Below are positions 18,914-28,427 of a DNA stretch of 64,000 nucleotides, piece after piece. How positions within the stretch are numbered: the stretch's first letter is position 1; each line of letters begins with the position of its first letter. This stretch comes from Acidimicrobiaceae bacterium (GTDB lineage: Bacteria; Actinomycetota; Acidimicrobiia; Acidimicrobiales; Aldehydirespiratoraceae): positions 1,719-65,718 of the forward strand of contig JABIQM010000238.1 of NCBI GenBank assembly GCA_018699415.1. Reading direction: 5' to 3'. The notes under the pieces were generated by a model. The model ran no database searches. It saw nothing but the letters and a program-made list of their open reading frames with translations, and was not told the DNA's origin. Both the position numbers and the translations under genes were made by a program.

Positions 18914-20392
18914 TCAGCGCTTGCGACCGAACCAACCTCTACTCGCAGCGTCATCGTCGTGGTCAAAGAAGGCCGCGAGTGCATCATCGCCGAGGTCAAC
19001 TTCGTCAAAAGCGACGGCATCTCGGAGTTGGTCGAGGAACGGATCACTGGACTCATCGATGGGGTCAGCGAAGAGCACATCTTCCACCACCGGAATCGGC
19101 GCAGTGGGCTCGTCGCTCCTGATCTCCCCGGGAATGACCTCGTCATCTCCCAACGGCTCGAAGTCTGCCGCAGTCACCAGGAGCGGTAGAGCGACGTCAT
19201 CGATTTTGGCGGAGACAGTGACTGACTCACTAGTCGATGTGTCGATGCCTGTCGAAAAGTCTCGGGGGTCAAACACCGGCAGCGGCGACTCGGTGTCAAA
19301 GGACGTGCTCGGCATCTCTAATGCGCTTTCTTTGATCGCCACCAAATCCACCATGCTCTGCGAAAGGTCGTCGCTCTCAGGAGCGAATGTGGGTTCATCC
19401 CACGCTGCTACAGCAGCGGTCCATGATGCGTCATTTTCGACCGAATCGATCGACTCCGTCGCCGGTTCCGCAGCGGGCTCTTCGATCGGGGCGACGTCGA
19501 CAAACTCGACGTCGCCGTCAACCGCGAGAACAGGCGGCATTCCCAGGACCGACGGAGCAAAGGCCTCCGGCTCCGCACTCGCAGCGACCACCGATTCCAT
19601 CTCTGCCGTTTCCGGCATCGACGCGACCTTCTCGGCCAACTCCACTGCATCGAGTTCAACGGCGGTCTCATCAGATTCGGTGAGACCAATATCTTCGGTG
19701 AGACCAATATCATTGCCGACGGGAGGGACAACGCCGCTGGTTGCTGGTGCCTTATCGACTCGGAATGTCTCGGGTCGTTCGACCAGATCGCTCAACGCTG
19801 AAACTGATGTGGCAAGAAGAGAGCGCTGTTCTCCGAGATGTCGTTCCAATAACGCGACATCCTCGACGAGGAAGGCGCTGTACCGCTCAAGCTCAGCTAC
19901 TTCGCCGGCGAGACTCTCCCGTTCATACGACGATGCTGCAGTGGCCTCTGCTTCGGCCTTGGCCAGAAGAGTTCGTCGATCGGTCTCCGCCTCGGCCTTG
20001 ACGCGAGATGCGTGATCGTCAGCATTCTTGATCGTCACCGCTGCCGAAGCCTCTGCGTCGCGTAGTGCTATTTGTGCTTGAACTTCAGCTGATGCGATCA
20101 GTTCAGCAGCCTCTGCCTTTGCTTCGGCAATAGCGGCATCGGCAGTACGCTGAGCAAGGATGAGCGTTCGAGTGAGGGACTCCTCAGTTTCGATTGACGC
20201 GCTTGAGGCGCTTTCTGCGGTGGCACGATTCTCAGCGGCCTCGGCTCGTTGCTGGAGCTCGGACACGCGCCCGTGAACGACGGCAGCCGCTTTGGCGACA
20301 CGATCGACATAGGCGTCCACCTCATCAGAGTCGTAGCCTTTCCAGACCACGCGAAACTCAATGTCTTGGAACAGCGGGGGCAGTTCATCCAT
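18914..20392 (-). CDS. divIVA: DivIVA domain-containing protein with long acidic C-terminal extension
   Basis: N-terminal DivIVA motif (FRVVWKGYDSDEVDAYVDRV) followed by Ala/Glu coiled-coil-like segments. The last ~250 aa are Asp/Glu/Pro-rich. Confidence 0.8.
   Translation of the reverse strand: MDELPPLFQDIEFRVVWKGYDSDEVDAYVDRVAKAAAVVHGRVSELQQRAEAAENRATAESASSASIETEESLTRTLILAQRTADAAIAEAKAEAAELIASAEVQAQIALRDAEASAAVTIKNADDHASRVKAEAETDRRTLLAKAEAEATAASSYERESLAGEVAELERYSAFLVEDVALLERHLGEQRSLLATSVSALSDLVERPETFRVDKAPATSGVVPPVGNDIGLTEDIGLTESDETAVELDAVELAEKVASMPETAEMESVVAASAEPEAFAPSVLGMPPVLAVDGDVEFVDVAPIEEPAAEPATESIDSVENDASWTAAVAAWDEPTFAPESDDLSQSMVDLVAIKESALEMPSTSFDTESPLPVFDPRDFSTGIDTSTSESVTVSAKIDDVALPLLVTAADFEPLGDDEVIPGEIRSDEPTAPIPVVEDVLFADPIDESSDPFLDQLRDAVAFDEVDLGDDALAAFFDHDDDAASRGWFGRKR
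19676..19711. repeat. perfect 18-nt tandem duplication inside divIVA
   Basis: ttcggtgagaccaatatc occurs twice in a row and encodes DIGLTE-DIGLTE. Confidence 0.9.
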
Positions 20393-20467
20393 ACCGTAAA
20401 CCGTAGTTTCACCATGCGCTGAGGCCGTGGACCCTCAGCCTTCGGCGATATCCGCTATTTCGGCCGC

Positions 20468-20725
20468 CTAGGCGCAGATGGCGCTCCGCAGGATGCTTAT
20501 GCCGAAGATAACGACAATCGACGACAAATCGAGAGCGACGGAGCCGAGTCGAAGCGGCGGAATATAGCGGCGAAGTGTGCCGAGCACCGGATCGGTGACC
20601 ATGTACAAAAAGCCGGCGATCGTGGCGCCGAACCCCTCAGGATTGAGCGGGAACCAGCTCAAGATGATCCGTCCGAAGACAGCTATTAGGTACGCCAGAA
20701 GTGCCGCACAAACGATTTCTGCCAT
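20468..20725 (-). CDS. yggT: YggT family membrane protein
   Basis: 85 aa with two TM spans and the RIILSWFP motif. It sits in the conserved position between sepF and divIVA. Confidence 0.8.
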   Translation of the reverse strand: MAEIVCAALLAYLIAVFGRIILSWFPLNPEGFGATIAGFLYMVTDPVLGTLRRYIPPLRLGSVALDLSSIVVIFGISILRSAICA

Positions 20726-20731
20726 AGATGA

Positions 20732-21334
20732 TCAGTCCAGAGCGCGTCGTGCGTCAGACGCCGATACGACTACATCGGCCGGCGTCAGAAGGTAAACCTG
20801 GGTTGCGACCTTGTCCATTTTACCCCCGAGGGCGTAGCAGAGACCACTGGCGAAATCGACCAGGCGGCGGCGTAAGTCTCGATCGACCCCCTGAAGGTTC
20901 ACGATGACTGCCTGACCTTTCTTGAACCGATCGCCAATGCTCTGAGCATCATTGAAAGAGGTTGGTGTCAAGGCGTGCGGCTTGGCGGTGTCATCGTCGA
21001 TTACCCGCACCGCAGCCGGCGCACTCTGAAGCCGAGCCGGGGCCTCCGCCGAGGCTGGTTCCCCCGCACCAGTCATGGGACGAGAGCCGGGAGTCGGCTG
21101 GATAGCGCGAACCGAACTTGACCCCTTGTTTGGGATTGCGCGAAGAGTGTTCGAATGAGGACGTGAGTTCCGTTCAGGAACAGCGCGTATCGCAGAACGC
21201 CCAGCAGATACTGGTTCGGTTGTCCGTTCGGCATGAGCCGGGCCAGCGCCGTCAGGCGCGAACTCGTCGTAATGATCATATTCCTCGTCAGGACCGAGAC
21301 CCAGGTAGATCAGCGTCTTTTTCAGCATGGACAC
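20732..21334 (-). CDS. sepF: cell division protein SepF
   Basis: N-terminal MSMLKKTLIYLGL and a conserved C-terminal domain (SFNDAQSIGDRFKKGQAVIVNL...RRLVDFASGLCYALGGKMDKV). Confidence 0.9.
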   Translation of the reverse strand: MSMLKKTLIYLGLGPDEEYDHYDEFAPDGAGPAHAERTTEPVSAGRSAIRAVPERNSRPHSNTLRAIPNKGSSSVRAIQPTPGSRPMTGAGEPASAEAPARLQSAPAAVRVIDDDTAKPHALTPTSFNDAQSIGDRFKKGQAVIVNLQGVDRDLRRRLVDFASGLCYALGGKMDKVATQVYLLTPADVVVSASDARRALD

Positions 21335-21416
21335 GTTTGCCTCCTCACTCGGACACGCTACTGCTCACAAGGTTCCACAGGGTGTCATCTCCCCGCGACA
21401 ACCCTTATGACCTGCG

Positions 21417-22064
21417 TCAACGCTCGCGGCGGCCAAAGAGTCCCGTACCAACGCGAACCATCGTGGACCCTTCCTCCACAGCGACGTCGAGGTCTCCACT
21501 CATCCCCATCGAGCATTCAGCAAGACCAAGTTCGTCCACCAGCGACCGAAGAAGACGAAAACCAGGACGTGCCTCAGCCGCTTCGGCAAGCACAGCAACC
21601 CCCATCAGACCGACGACATCGAGTCCCCGCCCGCGCAAATCATCGACCAAGCGACCAGTGTCCCTGGGTCGGCAACCGCCCTTCGCAACTTCGCCTGAGA
21701 TGTCGACCTGCACCATGACGCGTGTGCCGGGATCCCGCTTGGCGATCTCGGCACCGAGTTCAACCCGGTCGACGGTCTGCCAGACATCGACGAGCCCGGT
21801 GAGCTTTCGAACCTTGTTGCGTTGTAGTTGACCGATGAAGTGAACGGTGGGCCGAGGATCGAGACCGGTCAGCTTCGCCACCGTCTCCTGGGCATAATTT
21901 TCGCCTATCTCTGTGATCCCGGCCTCCATCGCTGCTCGCACGAGCTCGACGTCGTGGGTCTTCGTAACGCCGATGATCTGCACCCTCTCGCCGCCGATCC
22001 GTGAAACTCGCTCCCTCAGTGCACCTAGACGTGCGCTGATGACGTCCGCATCGACAGCGGTCAT
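21417..22064 (-). CDS. yggS: YggS family pyridoxal-phosphate homeostasis protein
   Basis: GVTKTH (PLP lysine), GENYAQE, HFIGQLQRNK and MGMSGD. The start overlaps the pgeF stop by 4 nt. Confidence 0.9.
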   Translation of the reverse strand: MTAVDADVISARLGALRERVSRIGGERVQIIGVTKTHDVELVRAAMEAGITEIGENYAQETVAKLTGLDPRPTVHFIGQLQRNKVRKLTGLVDVWQTVDRVELGAEIAKRDPGTRVMVQVDISGEVAKGGCRPRDTGRLVDDLRGRGLDVVGLMGVAVLAEAAEARPGFRLLRSLVDELGLAECSMGMSGDLDVAVEEGSTMVRVGTGLFGRRER

Positions 22065-22741
22065 CGGTTCGTCTCGAGACGTACAACGCTGACTTGTCGT
22101 CCTGTGTCGCCACGCGTGCGGTGACTATGAAACCGCTCATCGGCAGTGTTGTGACCGAGATCGTTGATTCGTTCGACGCCAACCTTCTGCAGCGCAATCC
22201 GAGCAGCCGCCGCCATATCGAGTGAGGGGTTGCCGGCGTCGCTCACCGACCGGACGGCATCGCTCGTGACCGCCACCACCGCATCGAGGTCGTCGAGGCC
22301 GAACTCGTAATGGCTCGGCCGAATGCACGCGCCGATCGTGGCCAGAAGATTGTCGGCACCGAGCTGACGCATTCGTTCGACGGTGGCAGCCAACACTCCT
22401 TCGACGATGCCTCGCCATCCCGCATGGGCGATGCCGATCACCCCATCACCAATGAAGACAATTGGCACACAGTCAGCCGTCTGTACGGCAAGGACCACTC
22501 CGGGGACCGCAGTCACCGCGGCATCGGCCGAGGCCCCACGTCCTTCTCCGGAGCGAGTGACCGTCACGACATCAGCGCCGTGGATCTGTCGGAGCCAGGT
22601 CCACTCCCCTGCCATAGTTTGCTGTCGCAACCGGTCGAGACTGTCCACTGGTCCGTCGACGTGAAAATCACCGTCACCTCGGTCCGTGAATCCCATCACG
22701 GCTGAAGTAGCCGGACCCGCAGGCACACGTCGAACAAGCAC
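22061..22741 (-). CDS. pgeF: peptidoglycan editing factor PgeF / YfiH (laccase-domain) family protein
   Basis: QIHGADVV, QTADCVPIV and HAGWRG motifs. It occupies the conserved position after ftsZ. GTG start. Confidence 0.85.
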   Translation of the reverse strand: MLVRRVPAGPATSAVMGFTDRGDGDFHVDGPVDSLDRLRQQTMAGEWTWLRQIHGADVVTVTRSGEGRGASADAAVTAVPGVVLAVQTADCVPIVFIGDGVIGIAHAGWRGIVEGVLAATVERMRQLGADNLLATIGACIRPSHYEFGLDDLDAVVAVTSDAVRSVSDAGNPSLDMAAAARIALQKVGVERINDLGHNTADERFHSHRTRGDTGRQVSVVRLETNR

Positions 22742-22779
22742 ACTTCAGTCTTTCACGTCGCGCTCAACGAGCGACGTGA

Positions 22780-23895
22780 CTACTTCAAGAATGACGGGAC
22801 GTCGAAGTCGTCGTCGCCAAGATCGAGAGCATCATCATCATCCGTAGCGAACACATCAGCGATCGGTACTTCGCCCGTCAACTCACCGCTATCGGCTTGC
22901 GTATCCCCCGACCGCTCGCTCAGACGAGAGGCTCTGGACGGGGAATCATCCCACCGGTCGAATCCAGCGGCAATGACCGTGACACGAACATCGTCGCCCA
23001 TCTCATCATCGATGACAGCTCCGAAGATGATGTTGGCGTCCTGGTGGGCCACGCCGTGGATGATCTCGGCCGCTTCGTTGATTTCGAGTAGGCCCAGATC
23101 CGTGCCACCCGAGATATTAAGCAGGATCCCGCGCGCGTTTTCGATGGATGCTTCGAGCAACGGACTCGAGATCGACGCGCGGGCGGCAGCAACGGCACGT
23201 CCCTCGCCGCTCCCATTGCCGATGCCCATCAGAGCGGAGCCGGCGTCGGTCATCACGGTTCGAACGTCGGCGAAGTCGGTGTTGATCAAGCCCGGCGTGG
23301 TGATCAGATCGGTAATTCCTTGCACCCCTTGCAGCAAGACTTCATCCGCCATCTTGAATGCGTTGAGCACCGATGTGTCATTGCTGGCAACCGATAGCAA
23401 TCGGTCGTTGGGGATGACGATGAGGGTGTCGACCTTTTCTTTCAGCCTCTGGATTCCCTGTTCGGCCTGCACAGAACGACGGCGGCCTTCGAACGCAAAG
23501 GGGCGGGTAACGACACCGATGGTGAGAGCACCCTGGCTCTTCGCGACCTCGGCAATCACGGGAGCGGCTCCGGTACCTGTGCCGCCTCCCTTCCCCGCGG
23601 TGATGAACACCATGTCGGCGCCCGCGAGCGACTCACGGATCTCGTCGATGTGCTCTTCGGCAGCCTGTCGACCGATCTCAGGATCAGACCCGGCCCCAAG
23701 ACCACGGGTGAGATCGCGCCCGATATCGAGCTTCTCGTCAGCGTCGCTCATGAGTAACGCTTGCGCATCGGTATTGGCAGCGATGAACTCGACGCCCTTC
23801 AAGCCAGCGTCGATCATGCGGTTGACGGCGTTCACGCCACCACCACCGACGCCAACAACCTTGATTACAGCCAAATAGTTCTGCGGATCAGACAT
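22780..23895 (-). CDS. ftsZ: cell division GTPase FtsZ
   Basis: [27 protein letters not shown] and VIPNDRLL, with a C-terminal [10 protein letters not shown] peptide. ATG (MSDPQNY) at 23895. Confidence 0.95.
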   Translation of the reverse strand: MSDPQNYLAVIKVVGVGGGGVNAVNRMIDAGLKGVEFIAANTDAQALLMSDADEKLDIGRDLTRGLGAGSDPEIGRQAAEEHIDEIRESLAGADMVFITAGKGGGTGTGAAPVIAEVAKSQGALTIGVVTRPFAFEGRRRSVQAEQGIQRLKEKVDTLIVIPNDRLLSVASNDTSVLNAFKMADEVLLQGVQGITDLITTPGLINTDFADVRTVMTDAGSALMGIGNGSGEGRAVAAARASISSPLLEASIENARGILLNISGGTDLGLLEINEAAEIIHGVAHQDANIIFGAVIDDEMGDDVRVTVIAAGFDRWDDSPSRASRLSERSGDTQADSGELTGEVPIADVFATDDDDALDLGDDDFDVPSFLK

Positions 23896-24086
23896 CGCGT
23901 TTGGGACCTCGTTGGTCGGATGTAGGCGCCTGCATTGCAGGAGCATGGTTCTGGGTACCGCCCGGCGCACAATACATTTCCGGATTAGCGCTCGACGGTA
24001 TACCCGTTGGCGGGAAATGCCGCGGACGGTTGATGGACCAGTGACAGAAGAGATGACGTCCGACAGTGCGGCATCGAGATAATGCT

Positions 24087-24914
24087 TCAGGAATTGGGGT
24101 CATCGACTGCGCCCAACGTCGCTTCACAGATCGGATTCCGAGTGACGGTGGGATGATCCGGAACGCGTGCATCGATCGTGGCGAGACACTCAAGTTCCAC
24201 ACCACTCAGCACCGCACGTACCGCATCGAGTTTGTCGCCCAAGTCTTCGGCCGGACCCAACTCAGCCGTGGCACTACCAACCAGGTCAAGGACAACCGCT
24301 GGTCGAAGTCCGGACTCGTCGATCTCTATAGCTTCAACCCATGACGCAAGATCGTCGGGCATCGATGCCACAACGGCAAGAGCCGGTGCCGCATGGTGTT
24401 GGGTATCACCGAGCGATCCTTCGGGGCGAACGGCCACGATCGGCATGACAGCCGGAGGAGTTGCACCGGGCGTGACGGCAATCGCTACCCCATAGGCATC
24501 CACGAGAACATGACTTCCATCGCCTCGCGGCATGAGCGCGACAGCCACGCGCTCAACGACACCGACGGTAATAGTGCCCGGCCACTCGCGAGTGACGGTG
24601 ACCGACTGGACCCACGCAAGGTCCGTGAGCGAGAGCTCGATCGCCGACTGATCAAAATCCACGAGCGGCATCCCGTAGTCCAAATCCATCGCGGCCTCGA
24701 TCAGAGCAGCCTGCGCGGGCTCGACCCCAGCGATCTCGACATGGTCAAGATCGAGGAGACGTGACTGTGTTGCAAACCAGCAGGCAACACCGATGCCCGC
24801 CACCAAGACGATGGCACCCAGCACACGGAGGCGTCGACGACCCTCTGCCCTGCGGACAGCGATGCGCCGCTTACGAAGCCGCGGATCGATTCTCATCGCT
24901 ACTGCGGTTGCCAC
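24087..24914 (-). CDS. ftsQ: cell division protein FtsQ (POTRA domain)
   Basis: Basic N-terminus, a single TM span ([16 protein letters not shown]), then a POTRA-like segment ([10 protein letters not shown]). GTG at 24914 is preceded by GGAGG. The alternative ATG is at 24896. Confidence 0.8.
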   Translation of the reverse strand: MATAVAMRIDPRLRKRRIAVRRAEGRRRLRVLGAIVLVAGIGVACWFATQSRLLDLDHVEIAGVEPAQAALIEAAMDLDYGMPLVDFDQSAIELSLTDLAWVQSVTVTREWPGTITVGVVERVAVALMPRGDGSHVLVDAYGVAIAVTPGATPPAVMPIVAVRPEGSLGDTQHHAAPALAVVASMPDDLASWVEAIEIDESGLRPAVVLDLVGSATAELGPAEDLGDKLDAVRAVLSGVELECLATIDARVPDHPTVTRNPICEATLGAVDDPNS

Positions 24915-25858
24915 GTGCCCTCCTCGAAGCCAACCACGTGGGTCTCAGCATGCAACTGCACGCCGCACATATCGTGGACCCGTCGCATGATTTCCTTCAT
25001 CAACGCGAGAACGTCGTCAGCCGATCCACCGGGATCCGCTTGAATGAAGTTGGCGTGCTTGGGCGATACCTCCGCTGACCCGATGCGAAATCCCTTTAAA
25101 CCGGCGGTGTCGATCAGTCGACCTGCCGACTCGCCAGGCGGATTCGCGAAGACCGAGCCGGCGTTTTGACCACCAGGTTGATTGTTACGCCGCCACTGCA
25201 CGATCTCGATCATCTCAGCTTTACCTTCACTCACATCGCCGGGCTCAAGCTCCAGCGTCGTTCGGAGAACCAGCTGTGATGACCGAAGCGCCGACCGTCT
25301 ATAACCAAAGTCGAGTTCGTCGACGGACCACGTCCGCTCACCCGCATTCTGTAAATCGACATTCTCCAGTTCAACAATGTCGGCCGAAGCCACTGCGTCG
25401 GCCATTTCTGCGCCGTGTCCGCCTGCGTTCATTCGGATTGCCCCACCGATCGAGCCAGGCACACCGACAGCCCAGGTAAACCCGCTCAGTCCAGCGTTCA
25501 CGGCGGCACGCGCCACCACCGGGAGCTTCGCTGCGCCTCCGGCAATAACGGTAGTGCCGTCGATGACGATGTCGCTGAAGGCGCCACGCATCACGACCGC
25601 CACACCGGCGAATCCAGAATCAGCTACGAGCAGGTTGCTCCCGCGCCCCACGGGAATGGTCGACACGCCGGTGCCGTGCAGGGCCTCGACCAACGCCATG
25701 ACGTCGTCAGGAGTGTCCAGCGCCACGAGCGCGCGCGCAGTTCCGCCAACCCCATATGTCGTCCGAGCACCGAGCGGCGCATCCAACGTGACTTGCAGTG
25801 CCAATGGCCCGGCGAGGAGTGTGGCGATCAACTCATTGAGAGCGTCATAGTCAACCAT
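24899..25858 (-). CDS. murB: UDP-N-acetylenolpyruvoylglucosamine reductase
   Basis: FAD-binding region (TTYGVGGTA, GRGSNLL) and C-terminal MurB motifs (GSVFANP, KHANF). The ATG at 25858 shares 1 nt with the murC stop. Confidence 0.9.
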   Translation of the reverse strand: MVDYDALNELIATLLAGPLALQVTLDAPLGARTTYGVGGTARALVALDTPDDVMALVEALHGTGVSTIPVGRGSNLLVADSGFAGVAVVMRGAFSDIVIDGTTVIAGGAAKLPVVARAAVNAGLSGFTWAVGVPGSIGGAIRMNAGGHGAEMADAVASADIVELENVDLQNAGERTWSVDELDFGYRRSALRSSQLVLRTTLELEPGDVSEGKAEMIEIVQWRRNNQPGGQNAGSVFANPPGESAGRLIDTAGLKGFRIGSAEVSPKHANFIQADPGGSADDVLALMKEIMRRVHDMCGVQLHAETHVVGFEEGTWQPQ

Positions 25859-27282
25859 CACAAAATGCCGGGGGTTCTGAGTCGTCCAATTACCTGATCG
25901 GGCATGGCGGTGAGGTCGCCCGCTCCGAGGGTGATGCAGAGATCGCCGGGACGCAGGTGTGTTGTCAGCCAGTTGGCGACATCGTCGAGACGGGGCATCC
26001 ATGCCACTGATGCAGACGGGTTGGCGTCGAGCACGGCATCGACCAGCAACCTTCCTGTGACACCAGGGCGGGGGGTCTCGCCCGAGGAGTAGATATCGGT
26101 GAGCACCAGCTCATCAACGCCGTCAAATGAGTGGCCAAAGTCCTGCCAAAGTGCGGCCGTTCGGCTATAGCGGTGGGGTTGAAAGACGCAGACCACTCGA
26201 TTCCAGCCGCCAGCGCCAGCGGCTTCAATAGCAGCTTCAACCTCGGTGGGTAGATGGGCGTAATCATCGACGAACGTGATCCCATCGATCTCACCGCGAA
26301 ATTCGAACCGACGCGCAACGCCTCCAAAGCGACCAAGGGCACGCGTTGCGGCATCAGCAGACGCACCCAAAAGTAGCCCCGCCACCACGGCAGCTGTTGC
26401 ATTTCGTGCGTTGTGCAGGCCAGGGGTTGGCAACTCGATCCTGGCCAGGTCGACGCCATCGTGGCGGACCGTGAAACCGATGCTCGAACGGTGGGGCTCG
26501 ATGTCAACCATCTGATAGTCCGCATCGTCTGATGTGCCGTACGTCGTGGCGTCGGTCGTAGCTGCCAGAGCCGCAGCTCCCGCATCGTCGGCACACATCA
26601 CCCGCATCTGTGCCTGGCTCGCGAACTCCTCGAATGCCTCTACGAGAAGAGCCGGATCGTTGTCATAGCTTTCTAAGTGGTCCGGCTCCACGTTCGTGAC
26701 GATCGCCAGCTCGCCACCCAGGGAGAGAAAGGTGCGGTCGCTCTCGTCGCCTTCGATAACAAACCATTCACCATCATCCCAGACCGCCCCGGAGCCGATT
26801 TCGTTGACGTCTCCACCGATGATGAATGATGGATTCATCTCTGCCTCAACGAGCACCAGCGCCAGCATTGAGCTGGTGGTCGTCTTTCCGTGTGTGCCTG
26901 AGACAACGACGGTCCGGCGCTGAGCGGCAATAGCAGGAAGGATGTCGGAGCGACGAAGCACCGGAATACCAGCTTCGCGGGCTGCCACTACCTCAGGATT
27001 GTGATCAGGGATCGCCGTGCTAATGGCGACGAGTTCGGTGTCGCCGATGTTCACGGCGTCGTGACCAACAGATACGGAGATCCCTGCAGCACGGAGCCGC
27101 TCACTTATTGGCCCGTCCTTCAGATCCGAACCCGTGACATGGTGACCCATGGCGTTGAGTACTGCGGCGATCGCTCCCATTCCTGCGCCGCCAGCACCCA
27201 CGAGATGAACTCGACGCGGCGTCGTTAAGTCGGGGACATTTTCGTCCTCGAGATCTCTCGTAGTAGCGAGATCAGGGCTCAT
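25858..27282 (-). CDS. murC: UDP-N-acetylmuramate--L-alanine ligase
   Basis: HLVGAGGAGMG, GTHGKTTTSSM and DDYAHLPTE. The start overlaps the murG stop by 4 nt. Confidence 0.9.
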   Translation of the reverse strand: MSPDLATTRDLEDENVPDLTTPRRVHLVGAGGAGMGAIAAVLNAMGHHVTGSDLKDGPISERLRAAGISVSVGHDAVNIGDTELVAISTAIPDHNPEVVAAREAGIPVLRRSDILPAIAAQRRTVVVSGTHGKTTTSSMLALVLVEAEMNPSFIIGGDVNEIGSGAVWDDGEWFVIEGDESDRTFLSLGGELAIVTNVEPDHLESYDNDPALLVEAFEEFASQAQMRVMCADDAGAAALAATTDATTYGTSDDADYQMVDIEPHRSSIGFTVRHDGVDLARIELPTPGLHNARNATAAVVAGLLLGASADAATRALGRFGGVARRFEFRGEIDGITFVDDYAHLPTEVEAAIEAAGAGGWNRVVCVFQPHRYSRTAALWQDFGHSFDGVDELVLTDIYSSGETPRPGVTGRLLVDAVLDANPSASVAWMPRLDDVANWLTTHLRPGDLCITLGAGDLTAMPDQVIGRLRTPGIL

Positions 27283-28427
27283 ACAGCTTCCTTGTTTGAT
27301 GGCAGCGGACGGCGTGCGTGTAAGACCACGAGGTCGACTACGGCCTCTGCGGCATCGCGCCGAGCGACACCCTTCGCTCGTTGAGACATCTCATGAAGCC
27401 GATCGGGTTCAGCAATCAGTGCGTCGACTTCGGCGTGAAAGCGTGCGCCGTCAAGTTCACCGTCGGTCACCATGACCGCTGCCCCGGCGTTGACAAGGGC
27501 GCGGGCATTCGCGGTCTGATGATCGCCGGGAGCGCCAGGCAGCGGAACAAGAACAGCGGGCACACCTATCGCGGCGATTTCAGCGACTGAGCTCGCTCCC
27601 GCTCGACAGACCACGAGGTCCGCGGCGGCATACACCGATGGCATGTCATCTTCGTACTCGACCAGGGTGAACTGGACCGTGTCGCGTTCACTAATCGGAT
27701 TTCTATTCGCCAGATCGGCGTGATCGCGGCTTCCGCCAACGAGTCTCACGGCGAGAGTACTGCAATCTCGCCACTCCCCCAATGCGTCAATCAATGCGTT
27801 ATTGATACGACGCGCACCCAACGATCCGCCGAAGACGGCGAGCAAGAGACGGTCGTCTTCGATGCCTAAGCGACCGCGAGCGCTGGCTCGGTCGACCAAA
27901 CGATCGACGGCAAGAATTTCAGGGCTGACAGGATTTCCGGTCCATGTGCCGTTTTGTAGATCAGTGTCAGCGAACGACAGCGCACAGGCTTTGGCAAACC
28001 GAGCAGCCAGGCGGTTGGCGGCTCCAGGCACGGCGTTCTGCTCAGCGACAACGATGGGGATCCGCCAGATCACCGCGGCAAGGATGCAGGGCACAGAGGC
28101 GTATCCGCCAAGGCCGATGACGATGGACGGGCGGGCACGACGGACGAGAATCAGTGCCCGGAAGATGGCACGAACAAGTCCGATGACTGCACCGACGTTC
28201 GCACGTGTGAGCCGGCGCTGGATTCCACGCCCGGGCAGGAGCTCCAAAGGAAACCCAGCTTCAGGAACGAGGCGAACTTCGATTCCGCGCTGGCTCCCCA
28301 CCCATTTGATCTGTTCGGGGAGAACACCACGCCGTTGGATCTCTCGAGCGATCGACAGACCCGGTGTGACGTGACCAGCGGTGCCGCCACCGGCGATGAT
28401 CGCCCAGGTATCAGCACGGGCACTCAT
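27279..28427 (-). CDS. murG: undecaprenyldiphospho-muramoylpentapeptide beta-N-acetylglucosaminyltransferase
   Basis: GGGTAGHVTPG, VFGGSLGA and the GT28 C-terminal region (RAGASSVAEIAA.G.PAVLVP). Confidence 0.9.
   Translation of the reverse strand: MSARADTWAIIAGGGTAGHVTPGLSIAREIQRRGVLPEQIKWVGSQRGIEVRLVPEAGFPLELLPGRGIQRRLTRANVGAVIGLVRAIFRALILVRRARPSIVIGLGGYASVPCILAAVIWRIPIVVAEQNAVPGAANRLAARFAKACALSFADTDLQNGTWTGNPVSPEILAVDRLVDRASARGRLGIEDDRLLLAVFGGSLGARRINNALIDALGEWRDCSTLAVRLVGGSRDHADLANRNPISERDTVQFTLVEYEDDMPSVYAAADLVVCRAGASSVAEIAAIGVPAVLVPLPGAPGDHQTANARALVNAGAAVMVTDGELDGARFHAEVDALIAEPDRLHEMSQRAKGVARRDAAEAVVDLVVLHARRPLPSNKEAV

Noticed and set aside
18387-20015. A 542-codon ORF on the + strand, antisense to divIVA and the DksA-like gene.
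   Set aside because: The translation is a Ser/Ala/Thr-rich low-complexity string with no motif. It mirrors the Asp/Glu/Ala-rich divIVA frame. Long shadow ORFs are expected in GC-rich DNA, and the minus-strand genes carry clear family motifs.
22973-23878. A 301-codon ORF antisense to ftsZ. Similar cases are 39200-39979 antisense to the ROK kinase and 41705-42484 antisense to DUF58.
   Set aside because: The opposite-strand genes are unambiguous (FtsZ, ROK and DUF58 motifs). The antisense translations are Ser/Pro/Arg/Ala-rich with no recognisable domains.
23929-23941. A small hairpin (CCTGC-att-GCAGG) in the 190-nt ftsQ-ftsZ spacer.
   Set aside because: The stem is only 5 bp. The spacer most likely holds the internal ftsZ promoters typical of dcw clusters. 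There is no further structure I could support.
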